A DNA stretch of 37,131 nucleotides from a candidate division WOR-3 bacterium (GTDB lineage: Bacteria > Hydrothermota > Tepidihabitantia > Tepidihabitantales > CAIPLT01): contig CBFGJZ010000002.1 in the NCBI GenBank assembly GCA_965649215.1, forward strand, positions 103,225-140,355, in the 5' to 3' direction. This document shows positions 19,605 to 28,712 of the stretch, piece by piece (position 1 is the stretch's first letter; every line of letters begins with the position of its first letter). The notes beneath the pieces are model-generated. The model did no database searches. It saw nothing but the letters and a program-made list of their open reading frames with translations, and was not told the DNA's origin. The translations under genes and the position numbers were made by a program.

Positions 19605-20498
19605 ATGCTTTCAATAATAATCGTAAATTATAATGCGAAGGATTTTTTATTTCAATGCCTTAAATCCATTGAAAGGGCTGATAAGCCGAATTCTTATGAA
19701 ATAATCATTGTTGATAATAATTCGATAGACAGTTCCAAAATTATGATTAAAAAAGAGTTTCCTGATATTAAATTAATAGAAAATATAGAAAATATCGGTT
19801 TTGCAAAAGCAAATAACCAGGGAATTAAATTATCTCAAGGCAATTATATACTACTCTTAAATCCGGATACGGTCATTTATCCTAACACTCTTTCTCGTAC
19901 AATTGAATTTCTTAATTCAAATCCTAAGATTGGAGTTGTAACTTGTTATGTAGAGCTTGCAGATGGTAAAATTGATCCAGCTTGTCATCGGGGATTTCCA
20001 ACTCCATGGGCTTCCTTTTGTTATTTTATTGGTTTAGAAAAGTTATTTCCGAAAAGTCGTATATTGGGAGGTTATCATTTAGGTTGGTTACCTTTAAGTA
20101 CTATACATGAAATTGATACGCCGAGTGGTTGTTTTTATTTAGTTCGTCGAGAAGTTATTGAACAGGTTGGTCTGCTCGATGAGAGTTATTTTCTGTTTTA
20201 CGAAGAAGTTGATTGGTCATATCGGATAAAACAAGCAGGATGGAAAATTTATTATTTTCCAGAAGTTAAAATTACTCACTATAAGGGGATTTCATCGGGT
20301 ATCAAAAAAAACACAAGTAAATTAAGTAGGGCAACTAAAGAAATTAAACGAAATGCAATAAATTCATTTTGCGATTCGATAAAGATATTTTATGATAAAC
20401 ATTATAAAGACAAATATCCATTAATCATAACTTGGTTTATTTATTTAGGAGTTTGGATAAAGAGGAAAATAAATTTATTAAGGTTAGCAATATCATGA
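19605..20498 (+). CDS. Glycosyltransferase family 2 (WbbL/rhamnosyltransferase-like)
   Basis: 'LSIIIVNYN', 'IIIVDNNSID', 'NIGFAKANNQG', 'LLNPD', 'LLDESYFLFYEEVDWSYR'. Confidence 0.9.
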   Translation: MLSIIIVNYNAKDFLFQCLKSIERADKPNSYEIIIVDNNSIDSSKIMIKKEFPDIKLIENIENIGFAKANNQGIKLSQGNYILLLNPDTVIYPNTLSRTIEFLNSNPKIGVVTCYVELADGKIDPACHRGFPTPWASFCYFIGLEKLFPKSRILGGYHLGWLPLSTIHEIDTPSGCFYLVRREVIEQVGLLDESYFLFYEEVDWSYRIKQAGWKIYYFPEVKITHYKGISSGIKKNTSKLSRATKEIKRNAINSFCDSIKIFYDKHYKDKYPLIITWFIYLGVWIKRKINLLRLAIS

Positions 20499-21175
20499 TC
20501 TCCAATACTAATAATTTAATTGATTATAATGGACAAAAATATCTAAGAATTCCTATTAAAACTCATATTATTAGTGAGAAAGATAAAATTAACGAAGTGA
20601 TTGATAAGTATACCAAGCCGATTTGCCGGGCAAACGATATCATTACAATTAGTGAGAGTGTGGTTGCAATGACGCAGGGAAGAGCGATACCGATAAGCAA
20701 AATAAAACCAAGATTATTAGCAAGAATTTTATGGCGATTTGTGAGAAAAGTTCCGTATGGGATTGGCTTAAGAAATCCTTATTCAATGGAATGTGCAATT
20801 CGTGAGTGCGGTACTTTACGTATTTTAATTGCGGCAGCAGTTTCGGCGATTGCTAAGCTATTTGGTCGGCGAGGCGATTTTTATAAAATTGCTGGCAAGC
20901 AAGCAGCAATGATTGATGCCCCTGGAACTACCGGTCTGAAACAATATATTGATTGCGTAATCATGGGACCCAAAGAACCTGACCGAGTCGTTGAACAATT
21001 AGCAAAACAGACTAATTTAGTAGTGGCGATTGTAGATGTAAATGATATTTCAGGTTGTTGGGTAGTGAGCGTATCTGATAAAAAATATACAAAATTAATT
21101 GAAACTGCTCTTGACGATAATCCTGCTGGTCAAGGTGACGCTTGTACACCGATTATTATAATTCGTCCAATGTAA
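20495..21175 (+). CDS. CofE-like (F420-0:gamma-glutamyl ligase family) protein
   Basis: 'IPIKTHII', 'DIITISESVVAMTQGR', 'VAIVDVND', 'DNPAGQGDACTPIIIIR'. ATGA overlap with the upstream GT2 stop. Confidence 0.75.
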   Translation: MISNTNNLIDYNGQKYLRIPIKTHIISEKDKINEVIDKYTKPICRANDIITISESVVAMTQGRAIPISKIKPRLLARILWRFVRKVPYGIGLRNPYSMECAIRECGTLRILIAAAVSAIAKLFGRRGDFYKIAGKQAAMIDAPGTTGLKQYIDCVIMGPKEPDRVVEQLAKQTNLVVAIVDVNDISGCWVVSVSDKKYTKLIETALDDNPAGQGDACTPIIIIRPM

Positions 21176-21368
21176 TTAGTTAGAATTTTTACAATTAATC
21201 AGTCTTGACAATAAGGATTTAATAGTTAGACTTTTAGAGTAGTGAATTGAGCATTTGTTATAGGATAAAAACAAAAAGTGCAAAAGTTAGTTAACTATGA
21301 ATCACTATTATTAATGGAGAATGTGTATTTAACAAGTTCATTAATAGTAGTGAAGAAATGGAGGTACT

Positions 21369-22406
21369 ATGATTTCTAAAAATATATTTTGGGCCATAAT
21401 CGTAATTGGACTTATTGCGAATATTGGTCTAAGTCAAGTTGTTTTTGAAGAAAATTTTAATTATGCAGCTAATGATCCACTAACTAATTATGGGTGGACA
21501 GCACATAGCGGTTCGGGTACCAATCCAATCCGGGTTTATTCACCTGGTTTGACTTATGCGGGTTATGCGGGTTCAGGAATTGGTAATGCTGCTAAAGTAG
21601 ATACAGCAGGGGAAGACATTAATAAAACATTCGCTTCGCAAAGCAGTGGCACAATTTATACGGCGTTTATGATGAATGTTCAAAAAGCAACAACAGCGGG
21701 TGATTATTGGTTTCATCTTTCAACTTCTCCACTTAGTACGTATGAATTTGTTGCTCGTACTCATATAAAGCGAGACGCATCTGGTAATCTTGCGATCGGG
21801 TTAGGTAAACGACAATCAGATACAACTTTTAGCGGATATAATTATACTTTAAACACAACTTATTTGGTGGTGATTAAATATGAAATTATCAGTGGCGATA
21901 GTAATGACCGACTCAGCCTTTTTATATTTTCTAGTGGCGTTCCATCAACCGAGCCGACAACACCAACAATCGGACCAATCATACCGATTAGTTCCGACCC
22001 CGCACATATTGGTTCAGTGGTCTTAAGACAAGGAACAGCTGCAAATGCACCTCGAGTAATTATTGATGGCATTCGAGTTGCGACAACTTGGGCAGGTGCA
22101 GTAAGTGGTATTGAAGAAAATAGTCTATTAAAACCAGATTCCAAGCAGATAGTTTTATCGATACAACCAAATCCATTCAGCTATTCAACAAGTATTAACT
22201 TTAATATCAATCCTAATGAAGTCAAAAGGGTGTTAATCCATGATGTTACGGGTAAAACGATTAAAACTATCTCACAACCCAACAGCAATAGCATCATTTG
22301 GGATAGTCGCAATGAAAATGGTAATTTAGTTGCGCCAGGTATCTATTTTGTAACGCTGGAAAGTGAACAAGGGTCGAGACGAGCAAAAGTATTATTAACA
22401 AAATAA
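21369..22406 (+). CDS. Secreted protein with T9SS-type/FlgD-Ig C-terminal domain
   Basis: GGAGG RBS, signal peptide, ~220-aa beta-rich domain, C-terminal 'IQPNPFS...IHDVTGKTIK...WDSRNENGNLVAPGIYFVTL'. Promoter TTGACA-16-TAGACT at 21205-21232. Confidence 0.82.
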   Translation: MISKNIFWAIIVIGLIANIGLSQVVFEENFNYAANDPLTNYGWTAHSGSGTNPIRVYSPGLTYAGYAGSGIGNAAKVDTAGEDINKTFASQSSGTIYTAFMMNVQKATTAGDYWFHLSTSPLSTYEFVARTHIKRDASGNLAIGLGKRQSDTTFSGYNYTLNTTYLVVIKYEIISGDSNDRLSLFIFSSGVPSTEPTTPTIGPIIPISSDPAHIGSVVLRQGTAANAPRVIIDGIRVATTWAGAVSGIEENSLLKPDSKQIVLSIQPNPFSYSTSINFNINPNEVKRVLIHDVTGKTIKTISQPNSNSIIWDSRNENGNLVAPGIYFVTLESEQGSRRAKVLLTK

Positions 22407-22647
22407 AAAATAATTATTACTGTTGACAACAACTTTCAGTGAAAGAATTTTAACTAAAACTTAACAATTTATTTATTATCTTTTAACTGTATATTTAAGC
22501 GTATGGATATATTTAATACTTTAAATAATCTGTTGTTTCAGTTAATAAAAACGGTAGCTGAAACAGGAAAAAAACAGTTTATACCGTAATAGCAATTATA
22601 TGGCTGATCAAAAAGATCAGTGGTAAAAAACGGAAAATGGGGGAAAT

Positions 22648-25600
22648 ATGAGTAAAAATATATATATGATAGTGTTAGTACTCTTATTAACACTAATAAA
22701 CAGTATATATGGAGCGTTACTATTCGACGAAAATTTTAACTATCCTGCGGGAGATAAACTTACAGACCATGGTTGGTTATGTCATTATGGAGGAACTGAT
22801 ACAGTAAAAGTGCATTCTTATGGATTGAGTTATACTGGTTATGTTTCGTCAGGGATTGGGAATGCTGCCTGGATTGATTCAACGGGAGCAGATGTAAATC
22901 ATATTTATACTTCCCAAACTAGTGGTACAGTCTATTGTGCTTTTTTGGTGAATGTACAAAAAGCAACCATAAATGGTGATTATTTTACTCATCTTGGTCC
23001 TTCACCTCTAGGTAGTGCTTATTTGGGACGCGTTCATGTTAAAAATGATGGTTCAAACAATATCGCTTTTGGATTGGGGAAAGGAAGTAGTGATACGACT
23101 TTTACAACATTTTCATATGCGTTAAATACTACCTATTTGTTTGTATTGAAATATGAAATTATTGAAGGTTCGACCAATGATATTGTAAGTTTATTTATAT
23201 TTACAACTGGTGCACCAACAAGCGAACCCCCCACACCGACAATTGGTCCTTTATCGCCATCATCAACTGATCCTGTAAATATTGGTTCAGTAGCCTTACG
23301 ACAAGGAAGCGCTACCAATGGTGCTAAGGTGATACTTGATGGAATTCGGGTTGGCACAAGTTGGTCTGATGTGTTACCAGCAACCGGCTCAACTCCAACC
23401 CGACTAAAAATTATATCTATAAATAACGGTATTGCACCATCAGTTAATACTCCATTTAGTGTTGTTATTCAGTCTCAAGACGATCTTGGTAATGTTGCTA
23501 GTGTTGTTAATAATACTGATGTGTCAATTTCTTTAGCCGCAGGCACTGGTTCATTAGGAGGAACTTTAACGGGTACAATTCCAGCGTCACAAAACAGTGT
23601 TACCATTACAGGAATAACATATAATATTGCGGAAAGTGGAGTTCGAATCGCTGTCTCGAGAACATCAGGTGATATGTTAGCACCAGATACAACTAATCCT
23701 TTCACAGTTTATCCTTCTGCATCTCAACTTGCTTTTGTTGGAGTTCCGGTCGCAGCCCAACCAGGTATTATTATGGGTTCATTTACAGTTGAGGCACGTA
23801 GACCAGATAATTCAGTTGACCCTAATTATACGGATAGTATTACAATATCTGTTGCATCTGGTCCAGGAACAATTTCAGGAACAGTCAAAAAAGCTGCTAT
23901 CAGTGGTATTGCAACATTTAATGATATTGCGTTAAGCACTTCAGGAAGTTATACCCTTAATGCAACAGCGACGGGTTTAATACCTGCGACTTCACCAATC
24001 ATTAATGTTTTAACTGTAACCGATACTTTGATAGAGAATTTTGAATATTCGGTAGGAACATCATTGGTGTATAATGGTTGGTCAGCGCATAGCGGAGCTG
24101 GTACAAATCCATTAATGGTAACAACACCAGGTTTAACTTATCCTGGGTATTTATCTTCAGGCATTGGTGAAGCGACAACTGTGATTGGTGGGAGTGGCAC
24201 AAGGGAAGATGCACATCGAATCTTTACAAGTAAAACTGATGGGAATGTTTATGCGGCATTTATGGTAAATGTTACCGCAGCGGCGACAACATGGGATTAT
24301 TTTGCTCATTTTGGTCCGCAAACAATAGGAACTTCTTTCAAAGGTAAAGTATTAGTTAAAAGAGATGCGTCAAATAATATCGCTTTCGGTTTGACAAAAA
24401 CTGCCAGTGCCCCACCAATTGATAGTACTGGTTATATTTATGCTTTAAATACTACTTACCTGATTGTTATCCGATATACTTTTGTTGAAGGAACGGATAA
24501 TGATATTGTGAGTCTTTGGATTAATCCGTCGTTAAGTGGTCCAGAACCAATACCTAATTTAACTGCATCAGATGGCGGTGATTTATCTAATGTCGGTTCG
24601 TTTGCATTAAGACAAGGAAGTAATTCCTATTCTGTAATTGTAGATGGTATACGTGTTGGCACCAATTGGTCAATTGTCAACGGAATTTATCCACCAATAA
24701 TTACAAACATTACCAGAAATCCCCAGATACCACTTGCTGGTCAAAGTGTTACTGTGACCGCAAAAATATACGACGCACAAACGCCTTTAGCCAGTTTGAT
24801 TGATACTTTATATTATGCTGTAAATACAACTACTAGCTGGAATGCCATTGTGAAAACAGGTTATAACGCATCTGATTCAATTTTTACTTATGTGATTCCT
24901 GCAGTAAATACAGAAGGTGATACAGTATTTTATAAGATCGAGGCAATTGATGGTGATGCGAATAAGACAACTTCTTCAATTTACCGATATATATTGCCAT
25001 TGAGTCGCACAATTTCACAAATTCAGGGTAGTGGAACAACAACACCCGATAGCGGAAGATATGTTGTTACAACTGGTATTGTGACGGGTAAATTTGGTCA
25101 GAGATTCTTCTTCGAACAACGCCCTGGTGGTGTCCGTAATGGACTTTTTACATATCGTAGAGCGCAAGATTCTTTCCCATCGGTAGCGATTGGCGACAGT
25201 GTGCAAGTGATCGGGATTGCGACTGAATTTCAAACTTTAACTCAAATCGATGCAAGTTATAATATTCCAGCCACAGTCAATATTCTTGCAACCAATCGAG
25301 TACTTCCCTGTACTACAAGACTAACAATTATAGGAGTAACTGAAGATTATGAAGGATGTTTAATTCGAATTGATTCAGTATTTTTCAAAGAGACAGGTAC
25401 CTTTAGTGGAAGCACAAATTATTGGGTCTATAATATTGCCAATGAATCGTTAAGATTAAGAATTGATGCTGCAGCGTCATCAATTATCGGACAGGCAATT
25501 CCCAGTGAGACTATCGCGGTGATTGGTAATTTGGGTGCTTATAAAGATACTTTCCAATTGATGCCACGAGTGCTAAGCGATTTTATGAGCTATGTTGAAT

Positions 25601-27264
25601 TTCGTGATGTTGGTGTGATTGAAGTTATGGCACCAGCGGGTCAAGTTGCCCAGGGTAGTTTAGTTGCTCCGAAAGCCAAGATTAAGAATTTCGGAAATGT
25701 GATAGCGAATGATTTTAAGGTTATCTTTAATATTGCTGAAGCAAAACAAAGCGATTATAGCGATACAGTAACGATTAGTAGTTTAGGGGTGGGTGATGAG
25801 TTAATCGTTACTTTTCAACCGTATCATGTGAGTGGGAATGTTGGGACTCAATATAATACGGAAGCAAAAACGGTCTTAATTGGTGACATGAATACTGCAA
25901 ATGATATAAAGTATGGCGGTGGTTTTGAAGTAATTGAAGCATCGGTTGGTGTGTGGTCAAAATTAGATGATTCAATGCCTGCGGCGTATGACTTAAAACC
26001 TGGTAAGTCGGTAAAAGATGGTGGTTCCATGACAGTAGTTCCATCAGGTATAAATACTGGTATTTATGCATTTCATGGTAATAAATCAAGGGTTTTCCGT
26101 AAGTATGTTCCTTCTGAAAAAGGTACTTGGACAGAGCTTGAGTCAATTCCATTCGGTTATAAATTACCGATGACCGAGCCACCGAAGATTAACAAAAAGA
26201 AAATCGGTAAGGGTGCAGCACTGTGTTATGATGGTAATAATATAATCTATGCGGTTAAAGGGAATGGTACAAGAGAATTTTGGGCATATTATCTATCATC
26301 GGTTGATACAATTCCAGCCGATACCTGGATTGCCTTACCATATTTAGAAAATTCATCAAAGCCACTTAAAGGTGGAACTTCAATGCTCTATTACAATGGT
26401 AGTGTTTATATCTTAGCCGGTGGGCAGAAAGTGAATGATAATAATTTCTTTAAATTTAATGTGCTTGAAAACAGTTGGACGACTTTAACGAAAACCACAT
26501 TTGAACCTGATAATAAGCCGTTTAAAGATGGAAGTTGTATAGTTAGGTATGGTGATACGATTTATGCTTTAAAAGGAGGCGGCAAAAATAACTATGTATA
26601 TGCTTATTCAATAACCGCGGGTAATTGGATTTTATTCGATTCAGTACCACTTAAGAACAGTTTGGGCAAAAACATTAAAGTAAAAGATGGTGCAGCGATG
26701 GCGGTTGCGGGTGATGAAATCTATGTAATAAAAGGTGGCGGTAAACAAGATTTTTATAAGTATGCAATTGAATTAGGTGTTTGGACAGAGCTTGATACGA
26801 TTCCATTAGGCAGTGGTGGTAAGAAGCGAACACCCAAAACCGGCGCGTCTCTGGTCTATTACAATAATTATCTCTATCTTTTAAAAGGTAATAACTCACC
26901 TGAGTTCTGGCGATATGGGCCAGTTAGTACTAAAGGATTTCATAACGAAGTAATCACCAATTCAATATCAGCCACTACAAGTGCAATCCAATTTAGCAAT
27001 GTAATTACCAATTCTAACTCGTCATTAAGTATTATGCCGAATCCATCACCGAGCAACGCTATAATTAATTATAATATCACAAATCCAAGCGTGGTTTCAA
27101 TTAAACTCTATAATGCGAACGGCAGTTTGGTTAAATCATTGGTTAACGCTTATCAATCTGTGGGTAGTTATAACTTAATGCTTACGAATCTTGCGACTGG
27201 AATTTATTTTGTCAGATTTGAAGCTAATGGCGAAAAGCAAGAAATAAAGCTTATCGTTCAGTAA
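22648..27264 (+). CDS. Large modular secreted protein (two copies of the beta-rich domain, Ig-like domains, OB-fold-like region, CARDB-like domain, Kelch-like propeller, T9SS CTD)
   Basis: Signal peptide; two 'ENF.Y..G..L...GW..H.G...IDGIRVGT.W' domains; 'TISQIQGSG...VVTTGIVTG' nuclease-associated OB-type segment; 'DVGVIEVMAP..KIKNFGN'; KG(G/N) propeller blades; CTD 'IMPNPS..KLYNANGSLV..LATGIYFVR..KLIVQ'. Confidence 0.82.
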   Translation: MSKNIYMIVLVLLLTLINSIYGALLFDENFNYPAGDKLTDHGWLCHYGGTDTVKVHSYGLSYTGYVSSGIGNAAWIDSTGADVNHIYTSQTSGTVYCAFLVNVQKATINGDYFTHLGPSPLGSAYLGRVHVKNDGSNNIAFGLGKGSSDTTFTTFSYALNTTYLFVLKYEIIEGSTNDIVSLFIFTTGAPTSEPPTPTIGPLSPSSTDPVNIGSVALRQGSATNGAKVILDGIRVGTSWSDVLPATGSTPTRLKIISINNGIAPSVNTPFSVVIQSQDDLGNVASVVNNTDVSISLAAGTGSLGGTLTGTIPASQNSVTITGITYNIAESGVRIAVSRTSGDMLAPDTTNPFTVYPSASQLAFVGVPVAAQPGIIMGSFTVEARRPDNSVDPNYTDSITISVASGPGTISGTVKKAAISGIATFNDIALSTSGSYTLNATATGLIPATSPIINVLTVTDTLIENFEYSVGTSLVYNGWSAHSGAGTNPLMVTTPGLTYPGYLSSGIGEATTVIGGSGTREDAHRIFTSKTDGNVYAAFMVNVTAAATTWDYFAHFGPQTIGTSFKGKVLVKRDASNNIAFGLTKTASAPPIDSTGYIYALNTTYLIVIRYTFVEGTDNDIVSLWINPSLSGPEPIPNLTASDGGDLSNVGSFALRQGSNSYSVIVDGIRVGTNWSIVNGIYPPIITNITRNPQIPLAGQSVTVTAKIYDAQTPLASLIDTLYYAVNTTTSWNAIVKTGYNASDSIFTYVIPAVNTEGDTVFYKIEAIDGDANKTTSSIYRYILPLSRTISQIQGSGTTTPDSGRYVVTTGIVTGKFGQRFFFEQRPGGVRNGLFTYRRAQDSFPSVAIGDSVQVIGIATEFQTLTQIDASYNIPATVNILATNRVLPCTTRLTIIGVTEDYEGCLIRIDSVFFKETGTFSGSTNYWVYNIANESLRLRIDAAASSIIGQAIPSETIAVIGNLGAYKDTFQLMPRVLSDFMSYVEFRDVGVIEVMAPAGQVAQGSLVAPKAKIKNFGNVIANDFKVIFNIAEAKQSDYSDTVTISSLGVGDELIVTFQPYHVSGNVGTQYNTEAKTVLIGDMNTANDIKYGGGFEVIEASVGVWSKLDDSMPAAYDLKPGKSVKDGGSMTVVPSGINTGIYAFHGNKSRVFRKYVPSEKGTWTELESIPFGYKLPMTEPPKINKKKIGKGAALCYDGNNIIYAVKGNGTREFWAYYLSSVDTIPADTWIALPYLENSSKPLKGGTSMLYYNGSVYILAGGQKVNDNNFFKFNVLENSWTTLTKTTFEPDNKPFKDGSCIVRYGDTIYALKGGGKNNYVYAYSITAGNWILFDSVPLKNSLGKNIKVKDGAAMAVAGDEIYVIKGGGKQDFYKYAIELGVWTELDTIPLGSGGKKRTPKTGASLVYYNNYLYLLKGNNSPEFWRYGPVSTKGFHNEVITNSISATTSAIQFSNVITNSNSSLSIMPNPSPSNAIINYNITNPSVVSIKLYNANGSLVKSLVNAYQSVGSYNLMLTNLATGIYFVRFEANGEKQEIKLIVQ

Positions 27265-27285
27265 ATCTGAACTGATAATTTATAT

Positions 27286-27321
27286 CAGACGCACCCATTG
27301 ATTTGGGTGCGTCTGTTTTTT
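27286..27321 (+). terminator. Rho-independent terminator
   Basis: CAGACGCACCCA / TGGGTGCGTCTG 12-bp stem followed by T6. Confidence 0.9.
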
Positions 27322-27636
27322 AATTTTTTACTTTTGTTATATTTTATTTACTAGCATTAAAATTTATTAGGAGAATATTTTATCAGTTTTAAAAACAGAC
27401 TACTCCTGAACAATGAAGGGATATTCTAATTAAAAACTAATATTAAAATATTATAACCATTTGAACTGTATAGAGTTGTTAATATTTTATCGGTAATAGT
27501 GAAAGAAAGATTTTACTTGACAAGAAAAATTCAAAGCTTACAATAATTGTAAGATAGACATAGTAAGCAGGGTAATTAATTAACAAACTTAATGTTAGTT
27601 ATCAAAAAAATAATGAGAAATGTCAAAGGAGGATGT

Positions 27637-28569
27637 ATGAAAAAATATATTTTGGTCTTTTTAATAATTTTATCAGTAGCATTTGGCGAATGGGTTCAAT
27701 TAACAGAAGTACCCACTGTTGAAAAAGCGATAAAAGACGGCGCGGCATTAGTGACGTACGGAACATTTCTATATGCTTTGCAGGGTGGTAATACAAATTA
27801 TTTTTATCAATACAATCTGACGGGTTCGAATTGGACACGAAAGAAAAATATTCCTTATGATATAAAACCATACAACAATAAGCCAATCAAAAAGCAAGTT
27901 AAAGCTGGTGGTGCTTTGACAGTATTGGGTGACTATATTTATGCGTTTAAGGGCGGTAATACTAAAGAGTTTTGGCGATATGATATTAATGCTGATACTT
28001 GGGTTAAAAAAGCATTTATTGATGGCGAAAAGAAAGTGAAGCATGGCGGTGCATTAGTAACAGTAGGTGATTATATATATGCATTTAAAGGTGGAAATAC
28101 TAAAGAATTTTGGATGTATAATCCTAATACCGATAGTTGGACGATGAAAGCAGAGATTCCGTCTACAAAACCTGTTAAAGGTGGTGGTGCGTTAGTTAAT
28201 TGTAATGGTATAGTTTATGCGCTGGTTGGTAATAATACGAGAGAATTTTTCTCTTATAATCCAACTGAGAATGTTTGGACTAAATTAGCTGATGCCAAGT
28301 TTGGTATTGATAGTTTATTAAAAAATATTAAAGATGGCGCAGCTTTAGCGGTGAATCTTGATTATATTTATGCATTTAAGGGCGGTAATTCACAGAGTTT
28401 TGGATGTTATAATACGAATAATAATACTTGGATAACATTAGATCCAATTCCCAAAGGTGCTAATGATAAACGAGTTAAACAAGGCGGTGCTCTAACCGTA
28501 CACGATGGTGTGATTTATGCGTTTAAGGGCGGCAATACCAAAGAATTTTGGAAATATGTTATTCCTTAA
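27637..28569 (+). CDS. Secreted Kelch-like beta-propeller protein
   Basis: AGGAGG RBS before ATG 27637; signal peptide; six blades of 'K.GGAL....YIYAFKGGNTKEFW.Y'; no CTD. Promoter TTGACA-16-TACAAT at 27517-27544. Confidence 0.85.
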   Translation: MKKYILVFLIILSVAFGEWVQLTEVPTVEKAIKDGAALVTYGTFLYALQGGNTNYFYQYNLTGSNWTRKKNIPYDIKPYNNKPIKKQVKAGGALTVLGDYIYAFKGGNTKEFWRYDINADTWVKKAFIDGEKKVKHGGALVTVGDYIYAFKGGNTKEFWMYNPNTDSWTMKAEIPSTKPVKGGGALVNCNGIVYALVGNNTREFFSYNPTENVWTKLADAKFGIDSLLKNIKDGAALAVNLDYIYAFKGGNSQSFGCYNTNNNTWITLDPIPKGANDKRVKQGGALTVHDGVIYAFKGGNTKEFWKYVIP

Positions 28570-28712
28570 AAAACTTGATTGATTAACTATTAGTAAGTAT
28601 ACTTGTAAGACAACAAGTGATTCAAAGCGAGAAAGGAAAATACGTAAAAGAAGGAGCGTTGGAATTAGGAAAAGGGTAATTTAAGAAAGATAGAATAAAG
28701 AAGGAGTTAATT

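Noticed and set aside
27322-27510. Further 12-bp arrays in other intergenic regions
   Set aside because: A quick visual check of this and the other AT-rich spacers showed no sustained Y-N-R phase, though a computational scan could find weaker ones.
28610-28712. Strongly purine-rich leader
   Set aside because: No repeat unit or structure is evident; it is consistent with an unstructured A/G-rich 5' UTR.
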